From Octopus sinensis (lineage: Eukaryota), in the NCBI RefSeq assembly GCF_006345805.1, contig NC_042998.1, positions 100,068,001 through 100,132,000 of the forward strand: a stretch of 64,000 nucleotides of DNA. Direction: 5' to 3'. The notes below the pieces were generated by a model. It had not been told where the DNA came from and did not search any database. It saw nothing but the letters and a program-made list of their open reading frames with translations. Each line of letters opens with the position of its first letter. The first letter of the stretch is position 1. The position numbers were made by a program, and so were the translations under genes. Of this stretch, positions 10,047 to 23,059 are shown in pieces.

Positions 10047-11434
10047 ATGCATGTGTATATATATATATATATATATATAGTTGTTCTACACGCTAAATTT
10101 AAATCCCATTACAGTTAACTTCACATTTAATCTTTTCAGGAGGATCTGATAAAACAGTTTTACTGTTGTTTAACCCCAGACAATATTTGATTGACCAAGC
10201 TTATTATTCGAAAGCATTCCAGCTGCGACAATCCCATCGTTTTGTATAACTAGAACTACACTTTCCAATGTGTCCTTTTCCTTAAGGATAGTAGGTTGTG
10301 ATATAAGGGAGATTTGGCTGCTACTTAGAGAAGGAGGTTGGATGGCTTCATAGAAAAGGAAGGAAGAGTCTCTCAAATTGTGTCATACCTATTTTATTGG
10401 CATCAGTAGTCGTGGAGCTTCATACCAAAGTTTGAAGATTCATGAGTTTTCTTAGGAAAGACGGAGCAGTGGTTTCCTGTTACCTTCGGCTGGTTATCTA
10501 AATTTCCCTATGATAGTCACTTGTTTACTCATGACTGATTCATGTGACATCAGAGTGCACTTACACTAGTGAGTCAGTGCCAACACCAACCCTCCTATCT
10601 GTCCTGCAAACCTTAACCATGGGACCATCTGTTTTTTTTACCTATAACCAACGTTCTTTGCAGCATAATGTCCTGAGCAAGACATCAAACTGCATCTAGT
10701 GGAAAGAGTCCAGTTCAGGAGTTTTGGGGAACAAGGAGCCATCTTTACTCACCACTACACTTGGAAAGTGGGGTAGCACCTATCTAATGTCCAAAATAAG
10801 GTTTAAATAATCAGCTTAAGCTTTAAAACCAAAACAGTAATTTAATATACACTACATAATAAATGAATTAGAAAAATGAAAGGTTTATTTTCTCAGTACA
10901 GAACACCTACATAAATTTTTATGTACTTACAATTCACCCCTTGTACTAAATAAAAGTTTTCCAACCCTGATACAGTGGCTTAGCCGGCTTGGGGCCGTTC
11001 AGTTATTAACTAAATCTACCATACCTTCTGTCAACAAATTTAAGGCCTGGTGCTAATATCAAAAATCATTGTTACTGTTATATTTTCAAACGTTTCATAC
11101 AAATGTTACCTTCAAACATCATGTATCTCTGCAGAGTGTTCCTCTGACATGTACAACAACAACGACATCATCATCATCATCATTTAACATCCATTTTCCA
11201 TGCTAGTGTGGGTTGGACAGTCTGACAGAAGCTGTTGTTTGGGGTGGTGCCAGTGATGTGTAAATGGTACCGAAAGGAGATGTTGGTGTTAGGAAGGGCA
11301 TCCAGCCATAGAAAAAAAGCCAAATCAGACTGGAACCTGGTACAGACCTCCAGCTTACCAGTTCCTAACATATGCCACACACACACACACACACACACAT
11401 GATGGGCTTATTTCAATTTCTGTCTACCCTATCA

Positions 11435-12170
11435 GTAGAGGGAATCTGTGGAAGAGGTAGACCCAGGAAGACCTGGTATGAGGTAGTGAAGCACGACCTT
11501 CAAACACTGGGCCTCACCGAGGCAATGGCAAGTGACTGAAACCTTTGGAGATATGCTGTGCTTGAGAAGACCTGGCAAGCCAAGTGAGACCGTAACCGTA
11601 GTCTATGCCAGTGCAGCATAACCAGCCCATTTAAGAGTACCCTTCAATCATTGGGCAATAAACTGTGCTTGCAAAGACCTGTTGAGGCAAGTGAAGTTGT
11701 GGCCAATGACAGTACCGCCTGATTGGCACTTGTGCCAGTGCCACATAAAAAGCATCATTCAAGCATGGTCGACGTCAGTGCTACCTAACTGGCTCTAGTG
11801 CTGGTGCCATGTAAAAAGAACCATCCGAGTGTGGTCAATGCCAAAGCCGGCTGACTGGTCCCATGCTGGTGGCACATAAAAAGCACCATTTGAACATGGT
11901 CGTTGCCAGTGCCGCCTGACTGGCTTCCGATTCGGTACCATGTAAAAAGGACCATTCAAGCATGGTCAATGCCAGTGCCAGTGGCACATAAAAAGCACTC
12001 ACTGCACTCTTGGAGTGGTTGGCATTAGGAAGGACATCCAGCTGTAGAAACTTTGCCAGATCCGATTGGAGCGTGATACAGCCTTCTGGCTTAACAGCCC
12101 TCAGTCAAACTATCCAATCCATGCCAGCATGGAAAGCAGACATTAAATGTCAATAATGATGATGATGATA
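11435..12170 (+). mobile_element. Older RTE 3' fragment with a degenerate module array (about 11730-12000) and terminal core
   Basis: gtggaagaggtagacccaggaagacctgg end-of-ORF sequence, several gtgcc..ataaaaagcacc modules, (GAT)n. Confidence 0.85.
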
Positions 12171-12236
<66 letters not shown>

Positions 12237-12270
12237 TAAAAAATTAATGAGTGCGTGTGTTATATAAATA

Positions 12271-12621
12271 TTTTCAGGATTAAATAAAAAGACAACAAAC
12301 GGAAAATATGACCTACCTATATTATACAAATAAAAAAAATGTAGTAAATAAACAAAAGAATATATACTAAATACACAAGTGGACAGAAAACAGGTTTCTT
12401 GTTGGTGCCTTCAGAGTGGAAGCAATATTATCGATAATGGCTGAAATTGCATTTGGCCCCTCTGGCCGATAACTGATGTAGAATTGGTAAACTATGTTTT
12501 CTGTCAACCTGTGTATTTAGTATATATTCATTTGTTTATTTACTAAACGTTTTTTTTTTTTATTTGTATAATATAGGTAAGTCATATTTCTGTTTGTTGT
12601 GTCTTTATTTAATCCTGAAAA
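12271..12621. repeat. Inverted repeat, arms about 122-127 bp (12271-12392 / 12495-12621) with a 100-bp spacer
   Basis: The left arm ttttcaggattaaataaa...gacagaaaaca is the reverse complement of the right arm apart from a few indels and mismatches. Confidence 0.9.
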
Positions 12622-12729
12622 CATAAATACATACGCATACACACACATAAACACATAAGTGAGAGGAGGATTGATGCATAGCTAAAATGCGTTTCACAGA
12701 TCAGAGAAAGAAAATGTAACGGAACTCAC

Positions 12730-12895
12730 ATTTGCCTGAAATTTGGTTCGGAAAACAGATGCATTATTATCTTTAATGAACTTGTCACTAGCTTCTCTGC
12801 CACCCACAAATGAACATACACAGAATGTCAAGAGACCAATCTTGAATAGGGAACTACCAATAAAATTCAGCTCGGGACTGTAATTCCCCTGGATG
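12730..12895 (-). CDS. TIMMDC1: TIMMDC1 coding exon 2 (DIQGNYSPELNFIGSSLFKIGLLTFCVCSFVGGREASDKFIKDNNASVFRTKFQAN)
   Basis: ttccag| and |gtgagt, 166 nt, phase 2->0; SxEL and FxxxNxAxxF pattern of the family. Confidence 0.88.
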
Positions 12896-14044
12896 CTGGA
12901 ATGGAAAACAAAACACTTCTTAGTGTTAGCAGTAAATTAACTTCTAGGTTAATAATTCAATTTAATATTATTGTTGTTGTTATTATATTTCAAAGGCAGC
13001 TGATTAGCAAAATCATTAGAGCAATGGACTGTGGTTATTTAATCATGACTATTTATGTTCAAATCATTTCTTCCTTCTCTGGCCAATAAAATGAGTACTA
13101 GTCAAGTACTAACTTTCCACGCAACAAAATTTCTGGCTTTGCACCAATAAAAAAAAATATATATATGCATGTATATATATACAAACATGTATATGTGCAT
13201 GCAACTTCATCCTCATTTACACACAGGTGTGTCTGCATGCATACATATGTATTTAGACATTTATACATATACATATATACAGGTATATATTCACACTCCT
13301 GCATAAACGTATATACATATATATATATATATATATACACATCCTCCTATCACACACCTACACCTGCATATATACAAACATATGCATATCTGTATAAAAG
13401 AAAGGGACATGTGCATGAAAGTCGCACTTATGCACTGGACACAGTCTTACACTCATATATATATATACACACACATATACATATAAAATATATACTTACA
13501 TATACTCACACACGTACACACTCACACAATTAAAAAGGAAAAAAAAGGAAAAAATATATATATAAACTTTTAAAATATTAAGACATATGGAAAGCTTATG
13601 CAGGAACATAGTAAAAATGCAGATTCTATCCATAATCGGGGGGGGGGGACCATGAAGGGCATCCAGCTGTAGAAACACTGCCAGACTAACTGGCCTGGTG
13701 CAGCCTTCGGGCTTCCCAGACCCCAGTTGAACCGTCCAACCCATGCTAGCATGGAAAGCGGACATTAAATGATGATGATGATGTAGATAGGATCCACATT
13801 TTTACTTTGTCCCTGCACAATCTTTCCATATATCTTAACATCTTTATTTTTTTATATATATTTTTTTTCATTTTTTTCCTTTTTAATTGAGAATGTGTAC
13901 ATGTATGAGTATATGCATATGTATGTGTATGAGTGTAAGACTGTGTCCCATGCATAAGTGTGACTTTCATGCACATGAACCCTTCATTTGTTTGTATATG
14001 TGGGTGTAGGTGTGTGATAGGAGGATATATATATATATAAATTT

Positions 14045-15212
14045 AGCACCTTGAGAGAAATATTGTACCTAAGAGGCATCAGTTGTGGTGTGCAAGAGAG
14101 ACGATTGCACTGGTATGGTCATGTGGCGAGAATGGATGAAGATAGGTGTGTGAGAAAGTGCCAATCCTTAGCAGTTGAGGGAACCCGTGGAAGAGGTAGA
14201 CCCAGGAAAACCTGGGACGAGGTGGTGAAGTACGACCTTCGAACTTTAGGCCTCACTGAGGAAATGACCAGCGACCGAGACCTTTGGAAATATTCTGTAC
14301 GTGAGAAGACCAGGCAGGACAAGTGAGCCCAGCCCACTTATGAATGCCTTTCCTCCCTTGGACACAAAGACCTGTTGAGGCAAGTGAAGTCGATATAGAA
14401 CCTCATCCGACGACAGGCACCCATGCCAACCCCCTTTGCTTGCGAAGACATGTTGGGGCAAGCGAAATCGAATTCGAAGTCAAAATCGAATTGAACCAGC
14501 CAGGATCCCTGGTCTGGTGGTACGTAAAAAGCACTATCCGACTCGTGGCCGATGCCAGCGCCGCCTCCACTGGCTTCCGTGCTGGTGGCACGTAAAATAC
14601 ACCAATCTGACCGTACGACAGGCACCCATGCCAACCCCCTTGCTTGCGAAGACATGTTGGGGCAAGCAAAATCGAATTGAACCAGCCAGGTTCCCTGGTC
14701 TGGTGGTACGTAAAAAGCACTATCCGACTCGTGGCCGATGCCAGCGCCGCCTCCACTGGCTTCCGTGCCGGTGGCACGTAAAATACACCAATCTGACCGT
14801 ACAACAGGCACCCATGCCAACCCCCTTGCTTGCGAAGACATGTTGGGGCAAGCGAAATCGAAATCGAATTGAACCAGCCAGGATCCCTGGTCTGGTGGTA
14901 CGTAAAAAGCACCATCCGACTCGTTGCCGATGCCAGCACCGCCTCGTCTGGCTTCCGTGCTGGTGGCACATAAAATACACCAATCCGACCGTGGCCGTTG
15001 CCAGCCTCACCTGGCACCTGTGCAGGTGGCACGTAAAAAGCACCCACTACACTCACGGAGTGGTTGGCGTTAGGAAGGGCATCCAGCTGTAGAAACACTG
15101 CCAGATAAGACTGGAGCCTGGTGCAGCCTTCTGGCTTCCCAGATCCCCGGTCGAACCGTCCAACCCATGCTAGCATGGAGAATGGACGTTAAACGATGAT
15201 GATGATGATGAT
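14045..15212 (+). mobile_element. RTE 3' fragment whose 3' UTR carries a threefold ~190-205 bp higher-order duplication
   Basis: ORF 14051-14326 matches the RTE C-terminus; repeat units start at 14412, 14617, 14803. Confidence 0.92.
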
Positions 15213-15854
15213 GAAATTTAATTTGTCAAAATATTTTCGGCGCTTTGAGACCGTGACCTGTTCACTGACAAAACTTCGTGCTGCATTATGAAGTTATATA
15301 TATATATCATCACCGTCGTTTTAGCATGGAAAACGGACGTTAAACGATGATGATGATGATATATATATATATATATATATACATGTATATACGTATATAG
15401 GGGAGTGTGAATGTATGCCTGCATATATGTACATGTTGCATGTACGTGTGGATATTTGTGTATGTATGAGTATGTATATGCACATATGTTTGTGCGTGTA
15501 TGTGCATGTACATATACATGTTTGTGTGAGTGTGTACATATGCAGACATTATGAATCTAGGAGGCTTTATGTCTATGTATTGTGAGAATATGGTTGCGTG
15601 GTCTGTCAAGTGGTTGGCGTTAGGAAGAGCATCCAGTCATGGAAATGGAACCAAATCCAACTGGAACCAGTCCAGCTCTCCAGTTTGTCAAACCACTCAA
15701 CCCATGCCAGCATGGAAAACTGACATTAAATGATGATGATGATGATATACACATACACATTCACACTAACTAAGGTATTGCTTTCTCTTTTATTATGAAC
15801 TATTACTGTGTTCATAATTTACAAACACACTACAACCTAAATATAGATACATAT

Positions 15855-15893
<39 letters not shown>

Positions 15894-16402
15894 ATGATAT
15901 ATCATCATTATCGTCGTTATGCTGGCATAAGTTGGACAGTTTGACAGGAGCTGGCCAAGCATGACCCTTCACCAAACTTCTGTGTCTGTTTTGGTATGGT
16001 TTGTATAGCTGAATGTCCTTCCTAACACCAACCACCTGACAAAACACACACACACATCATGTCAGGTCACATTTGAGTGCTATTGGTAACATGTAAACCA
16101 ACAAAGCATGAGTGACTAAACTGGTAACACTACCAAGCCTTTTTGATGAGTAAAGTGCACCTGTGAAATTGTAGTTGTGGCCATTGCCAGTGCCATGTAA
16201 ATGGCATCCGTGCCAGAGGCATGTAAAAAGCACCCATTATGCTCTTGGAGTGGTTGGCGTTAGGAAGAGCATTCAGCTATAGAAACCAAGTGAAATCGGA
16301 CTGGAAGCTGGTGCCCTGGGTGCTCCGGCTTACCAGTTCCAGTCAAACCATCTAACCCATGCCAGCATGAAAAGCAGACGCTAAATGACGATGATATATA
16401 TA

Positions 16403-17697
16403 CAAGGTGTGGTGAATAAATTGCTGTCTAAATTACGCAAAAATGAAAACGACACTGACGTCTCATTTTAACAGATATATTTACTAAAATTACATAAAAT
16501 TATCTTGAAATACTAAAGAGTAAATTTATTCAATAAAATCCCCATTGGCTTCCACTATGGCCTCCAGACGACTTCATAATCTCCTGCAACTCTTCTGGAC
16601 AGTCTCCTTGTTTAAGTTGGTGAACACTGCCATAATCTTTGTATTCAGTTCACCTTTGGTGTTACAAGGAGTTTTGTTGGTCTCTTGCTCAATGGCACCC
16701 CAGACATAATAATCAAGGAGGTTGCAATTTGGGGAGTTAATTAGCCAGATGTTAGGGATGATATGGTCACAGAAATTGTCTGACAGCCATGACTAGGTTC
16801 TCCTGCTTGTGTGACATGATGCAGAATGCTGTTGCCAGGCATAGGGTCTTCCAGCAGCCACCCTCTTCACCCAGGGCAGCACTAACTCCCCCAGGCACTT
16901 GATGTAGGCCTCAATGTTGAGTCTGAAGCTGTGTGGGAAGTTGAATGGAGGCATAATGTCACTATCACTAGTGATCACTCCAAATACCATGATGTTTACT
17001 GGATGTTTGATTTTTATCAATCTCAGTACATGTTTTGAGGACACAACAAGCCAACAGTTGTTCTGTGTGCTCACCATCTGATCCTGGCAGAAAATTTTCT
17101 CATCTGAGAAAAACCAAAGCATGTTCAGTTGGCAGGGATGCTTGAGTTTGTTCAAAAGCTTCGTAGCGTGGTCTTTCCTCTTGTCCTTGATAGCTTGGGA
17201 TCAAAATTGGCCCTTTCTCATCTTGTATAAGGAATGCTGAATCTCTTTGTGAACTACCTGCCTGATAAGTAATTCAGACACTCCCATGTTCTGGGCGATG
17301 GACCTGACTGACTTGGAGGGACCGTTGTCAATCATGGCTTGGATCTCACCAAGAAATTCAAGAGTTTTTTTCTTATCAGAATGACCAAAATGAGTTTTCC
17401 AACCTTCATAATCACCACTAGACTTATCCAACTCTTTCCAAATCCTCTGCACTGTCCTCAGATTGACACCTAAACACTCTGAAACGTTTGTATTGGAGCT
17501 TCCAGCACGAATACCAAGCAGTACAGCATGTCATTTCCAAATTTCTAGCAGAGTGAATTGCATCATGGTACTGTTTTTTTCACAGCCAGTGCCCAACTGA
17601 CTCTACTATACTGTGTAGTTGACAAACTCAAAAACAAACAATGCGCATGTGTAAAATTAGAGATATAAAATGGCTACAATTTACCCATCTCACCCTG
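16403..17697 (-). mobile_element. Full-length decayed Tc1/mariner element of the maT (DD37D) type
   Basis: TIRs caaggtg.. / ..caccctg flanked by TA; SDEK, then QQ(D>H)SA, then 37 residues to NLLD-YYVW; stops and frameshifts present. Confidence 0.9.
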
Positions 17698-18410
17698 TAT
17701 ATATATATATTCTTTTACTTGTTTCAGTCATTTGACTGTGGCCATGCTGGACCACCACCTTTAGTCGAGCAAATCAACCCCAGGACTTATTCTTTGTAAA
17801 CCTAGTACTTAATTCTATTGGTCTCTTTTTGCCGAACCACTAAGTTATGGGGACGTAAGAGATGAGAGGTAAAGACAACACCAACAGGATTTGAATTCAA
17901 ACAATGGAAGCAGAATGAAATACTAAACATTTTATTATTTCTGCTACTCCACTACCCTTAGATTTGGGGGAATATTTTTATCTGAAATTTACAAAAACTT
18001 TACTATCGAGTATTTTTGTTTTTGTATTTGGTTCCTGATGTGAACTCCTGTGTTGAAACCTATTTTGTTGCATATCAGGAGGATTGTTATGCTAATGTTG
18101 CAAATGGTGACAAAAAAAAGACTTTGGTAAACCTAACTGATTGGCTAATTGGCCAAAAGATTAATTAAACAATTGATTAGTTAATTGGTTAACCAAAGTG
18201 TAAATAAAAATAAAAAAGTGAAATAGAGCTACAGCATATATTTATTATTGTCATAATAACCCTCCTGAGATACAACAAAATCTACTATTGGTAATTTTTT
18301 AGGACTCAGTTGTTTAAATGATTAAATTAAAGACAATCATCTTCAACAAGAAAAGAAAAAAAAAGAATGTCTAGTAATTATTTTGAGAACAAGTTTCATG
18401 CTATACTCAC

Positions 18411-18712
18411 TCTTTACTGTACATTTTCTGCAAACGATACCATCCGGTCTCTGATGACAAAAACTTCTGTATATCTAATTCTGAAATAATTAATTTGTTT
18501 TCTAGTGCTTGTTTTCTCAGATTTTCAGTGGCTTTTATTAAAGCATCAGTAGGCTGGGTCTGCGTTTCAATTGGAGGAGATGTGTCTGCAAGAGGAGTTT
18601 CAACCTCACTAGCATATATCCGAGGGAACCAAAATGAACTCCTGAATTGCTGATAGAAGGAAGTGGAACATATTTGAGATGGAACAAGACCCTTCGGAAA
18701 CAGATTATCCAT
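18411..18712 (-). CDS. TIMMDC1: TIMMDC1 first coding exon (MDNLFPKG...ETGWYRLQKMYSK)
   Basis: ATG 2 nt after a ttgacag acceptor (implies a 5' UTR intron); donor GA|gtgagt; ETGWxRL motif; downstream exon sizes 166/89/68/79 equal the human sizes as I recall them. Confidence 0.85.
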
Positions 18713-18714
18713 TC

Positions 18715-20796
18715 CTGTCAATAAATTAAATATATACATATATATATATAAATCTGTATGTAGATACATGCAAGGTATATAAATGATAAAGGGTATTGAT
18801 TAATATTTAATAAGACTCACTCAAAGTAATACATTTACACCTCATTTCATAACTGTTACCACTGTACAAGAAGACCCCCTCCTTTTTATAGATCTGTCTA
18901 AGTTTCTTTATCTACTAACAAGGAAAATAGTCCAATATGAATGTCGAAAGATGTTGATTAATTTTTTAATTTGACTCACCAAACAATGGACTTGCTCAAT
19001 GTGATATATTTATACTTCATCATATAATCATTGTTATATGAAGAATAGATGACACCTTATTTTTGTCAATTCATTTAAAATCCTTTACTTCTGAGAAAAC
19101 TGGCCCAAGCTCCCATCGTCTGGTGTGTTTTTCTTGCAATTCAGTGTCTTATTATATAGTAGTTTGACTTTACAATATCACTATTACGTTCCAAATAGTA
19201 GTCAGGTACATCTAGAATACATTACGGGAAATGACTGGTACTTTATCTTACAGACCTCAGAAAAACGAAAGGGAATGTTAGTCTTGGCTGGATTTGAGCT
19301 CGAAATGTAAATACTGCAGACACTTAGATCGGTGCTTTAATGAGTGTTCCATTCCATTGCCTTAAAACTGCAAAAACTTCAGATGTTATTTTCAGTCATA
19401 CACCCGTTACAATGTCATTGTCTAGCACCAGGTCAACTGTGATAACTTTCTGAGTCCAGAACAATTTGCTGCAAATTCAATGAGATAAACAGATAAGGAG
19501 CCAATAAGTTTAATGTAAATTCATTCCCCGTGAGTAAAGTCATTGACATGCTGTTTATTTGCTGATTAAATATGCTTTATACGCACTTTTGACAAGTTGT
19601 GGTGCACCTGAGCACTGTATACAATAATTTCATTATTATAATTCGCAAAACATAGAAAAATTTATTTTTAGAAGATGAAATTACAGTTTCATGAATTTAG
19701 GGTCACCCGCTATGAATTTAGGGTCACCCTCTAGAGCATGTTATTTTTACGAATCTCATGGAGGGTTAACACCATTGCTGTATGAAACGTTTCTTTTTAC
19801 TGTCATTGCTTGATACCTCGGTGGTGAGCATGGTATTCTCTTTCATGCAGAAACTCGTTGTTTTTATATACTTTCGTCAACGTGGAGTGAATATGCGACG
19901 GAGGTAGAGAAATGGAAACATGTCGACTGCCAGTAAAAACGAGAGAGACGAGAGATAATTTGGTACTTAACGGATAATTTTATTTGATAGGGGTAATTCT
20001 TTTTGTATATTTGAGGATACATTGTAATAATTAATAAAAGCAGTAACATCGAAAACAATTTGGGACTAAGTTGAAGGTTACTTCAAGATCAAAACTAGAC
20101 TATTAAGGTATGAAAAATAAGAGGTCGACTTTACCTTTCATCCTTTCGGGGTCGATAAATTAAGTACCAGTTACGCACTGGGGATCGATGTAATCGACTT
20201 AATACCTATGTCTGTCCTTGTTTGTCCCCTCTATGTTTAGCCCCTTGTGGGTAATAAAGAAATAGGTATGAAAAATAAATTACAACAAACAGAATTAGAC
20301 TTTTATCACCAAATACATATAAATCATAACACACGAACCTTTCTATAATTGAATAAATATGTTTTACTGGAAGAGAAAGACCTGAATAAGTGACATTGAA
20401 CTGTCACATAAATAACGTGCTTGTATTTTCTTACAAGTTTCCTCCACTCTTCAGTAATAGAGGTAGTTTTAGTGTAAAGCCAGTTGTTGTTACTGTTGTC
20501 TCGTGTTATTGTTTCTACTCATTCATTTTATTCGTTTGTTTCATAATATATAATTTCATCTTGCACAAAAAGAAAGAAACAAAGAAGAGGCTTCCGTTGA
20601 TGGAATTTTAATTGTTAGGGTTTTTACAGGCAACTTGTATTTGTGTTCAAAGGAATTCGAAAAATATATCAAAGCTCGTTAGTGAACTGAGACTGATACG
20701 CTTCATTTGTCTGCATATTTTCCAACCGACACTGGTAAAATATTATACTATATCATACGATTGTTAGACTTGAGAAAACGTTTTACAAACTTACTC
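18715..20796. promoter_or_regulatory. Divergent promoter region of TIMMDC1 and the PLCXD-like gene, probably including a TIMMDC1 5' UTR exon and intron
   Basis: About 2.1 kb between divergent ATGs; CpG-retaining stretch near 19800-20000; candidate minus-strand donor gag|gtatca near 19816. Confidence 0.5.
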
Positions 20797-20911
20797 ATGG
20801 CTAAAACTGGTGATTGCTCAAATATCGATCCAAGCGATGACTTAGCAAATTGGATGTCCCAGTTACCAGCTTCTTGTCATGACTTACCGCTAAATAGTTT
20901 GGCGATCCCAG
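20797..20911 (+). CDS. PI-PLC X domain-containing protein (PLCXD-like), exon 1 (MAKTGDCS...NWMSQLPASCHDLPLNSLAIPG)
   Basis: WMxxLP..LxIPG N-terminal motif; donor G|gtaaat, phase 1. Confidence 0.9.
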
Positions 20912-21699
20912 GTAAATACATCTTTAACTTAGTTTCTTGTTACTCGTTATTTTCTAATATTGATTTCTTTTGGTATTCATTTGATATGAGTCCCCTTTTG
21001 GCATTCATTCAGTAACGAAAGATCGCCTTACCTTTTTTTAGGTATCGGCGGAATTCTGGTTAAAGCACTCCATGTAATTTTTTTTTTTTTGAAAAGGTTT
21101 ACTCGGGTAATTCGACTCCGCCCTAGAAGTTGAATGGTGGTTGCCACCAAATTTCAAGCAGGAGTATAACAAAAGTTTTCCATTCAGATTTGTGACTAAA
21201 TTAATGAGTAAGGTTAATATTTGTAATGAATTTGCCATTTTCGATGGGTGTGCAGCGCACACCTAGCACACCCGGAATATACACCCCTAGTGTTTAATCT
21301 TATAGGCCCTGGAAGGATGAGAACAAATTTCACGTAATCTACATTTGAACTCAGAAGGTAAAAAGCGTGGCTATTTACAGTGAAAATAAATGCGCTATTG
21401 AATCTGCCATTCGTCGACCCCCTTACTTTTCTAATAATTAGATTTATTGGTCGTCTAATCAAGGCAATTTTTCCAAAACAAAGTAGAGATTTAGACTAAA
21501 TGTGCTTTGCAGTATGTAGTTTGCTGTCTCATTGAAGTTGAAATCTCATCGAAGATGACGGGATAAATATAGCGGTTCGCTAAGATGGGAGAGGCTGAGA
21601 AGGTGGTAAGCTCTTAGACAGGTTATAAGACGGTATTCGTTCGCATAATGACTGTCTCAGGAAAGTAAAAAAGTGTTTTTGTTTTTTGAGATATATTTG

Positions 21700-22235
21700 T
21701 CAAATTAGGGTCAGTTTGTCTTGACATGTTCTGTCGCGATCTCACTCGATGGTAGCTTCCAGGCGACCTCGAAGCTGGCCACAAACCTTTGTCACAATCT
21801 CCTGTTCTAGGCCCCCGATGGCTCTGGTAATCCTGGTCTCCAGCTCAACCGTCCTTCTGCAGCTAGATTTGTTGGTCTCTCGGTCCATTGCGTCCCATAC
21901 AAAAAAGTCGAGGGGTTTGCAGTCAGGCGAGTTGGGTGTTTCAACTTGTTGATCAATTTCTTGATGTGCTTAGTCGCTTTCCTGCATCGTCTTGGACAGA
22001 GTCTCAGGCCGAACAACGATGGCTACATCCATCTTCTGAGTGAGGTGGTGAAGCCCTGGATTGGCCAGGTAGCTACAGGGAGGCTGTGCGTGTGGACTTT
22101 GTGCCCTACCACACCAGTTAGAAGACCCAGATCTGATTGTCGAAGAATTTGTTTGATCACTCAGCATCTGACATTTGGCCTCCCAGCTTGCCTGACTGCA
22201 AACTCCTCCACCTTTTTGTATGGGGCGCAATGGAA
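21700..22235. mobile_element. Rearranged maT-like transposase fragments in opposite orientations
   Basis: Minus: PNSPDCKPLDFFVWDAM..; plus: VVKPWIGQVATGR..DIWPPSLPDCKLLHLFVWGAME. Confidence 0.75.
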
Positions 22236-23059
22236 TGACATTAACCCAGAAGTGTCTTTTACTATAGCCCCAGACCAACCAAAGCCTTGTGTGTGGATTT
22301 GGAAGACAGAAACTAAAATAAGCCCATCGTGTGTGTGTGTATGTGAGACTACCTTTTGACAACCAGTGTTGGTGTCTAAGTCCCTGTAACTTAGTGGTTT
22401 GGCAAAATAAACTGATAGAATAAGTACCAGGCTTTAAAAAAATAAGTACTGGGGTCGACTAGGCAGTGTCCCAGCATAGCCGCAGTCTTATGATTAAAAC
22501 GAGTAAAAAAAAAAGATAAAGATATAATCCTTTAATCATTTTAAGAGACTGAAGACGATGAAAGAGATACAACTATTTTAATAAACAGTTACCCACATAC
22601 GACACCCTTATTTTACAACAATATTTTGTGGAGAGACATTTAATGTTTCTTCATACAGTTATTGAAAGATATTTTGAAGTGGTTTTGTAGTGGGGAATGT
22701 ATGATTGTGTGTACAATATTGTGACTATACTGGAATAAAGTATAAAATCTTTATAAATTTATAAATAAATTACGTTTAAGGAGTATTGTATTTTAACTGT
22801 ATAGTTGTTCAAATTTTGACTGAGAATTGCCAAACAGAATGTAAAAGTTTTATTTTTGGCTATATTTTATGTAACTTCCTTTAATTACTTATTCATTTAA
22901 AGTAAAAGGTAGTCAGCTTTTATTACCTTCACAGTGTTTACTGTTTTACAAAATCAAACTAGAAAACTGGAGAAAAAAGAGAACACAATTGAAAAAATTA
23001 AAAAGAAAAAATAAGGGAAAAAGAAAACAGAGAAAAAAAGAAACAAACAAAGCAAAACA

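Noticed and set aside
13098-13976. Several ORFs rich in Y/I/H/T/C/V (also 15218-15609, 38749-39530, 55429-55708)
   Set aside because: Translations of (AT)n, (AC)n and (GT)n microsatellite mosaics.
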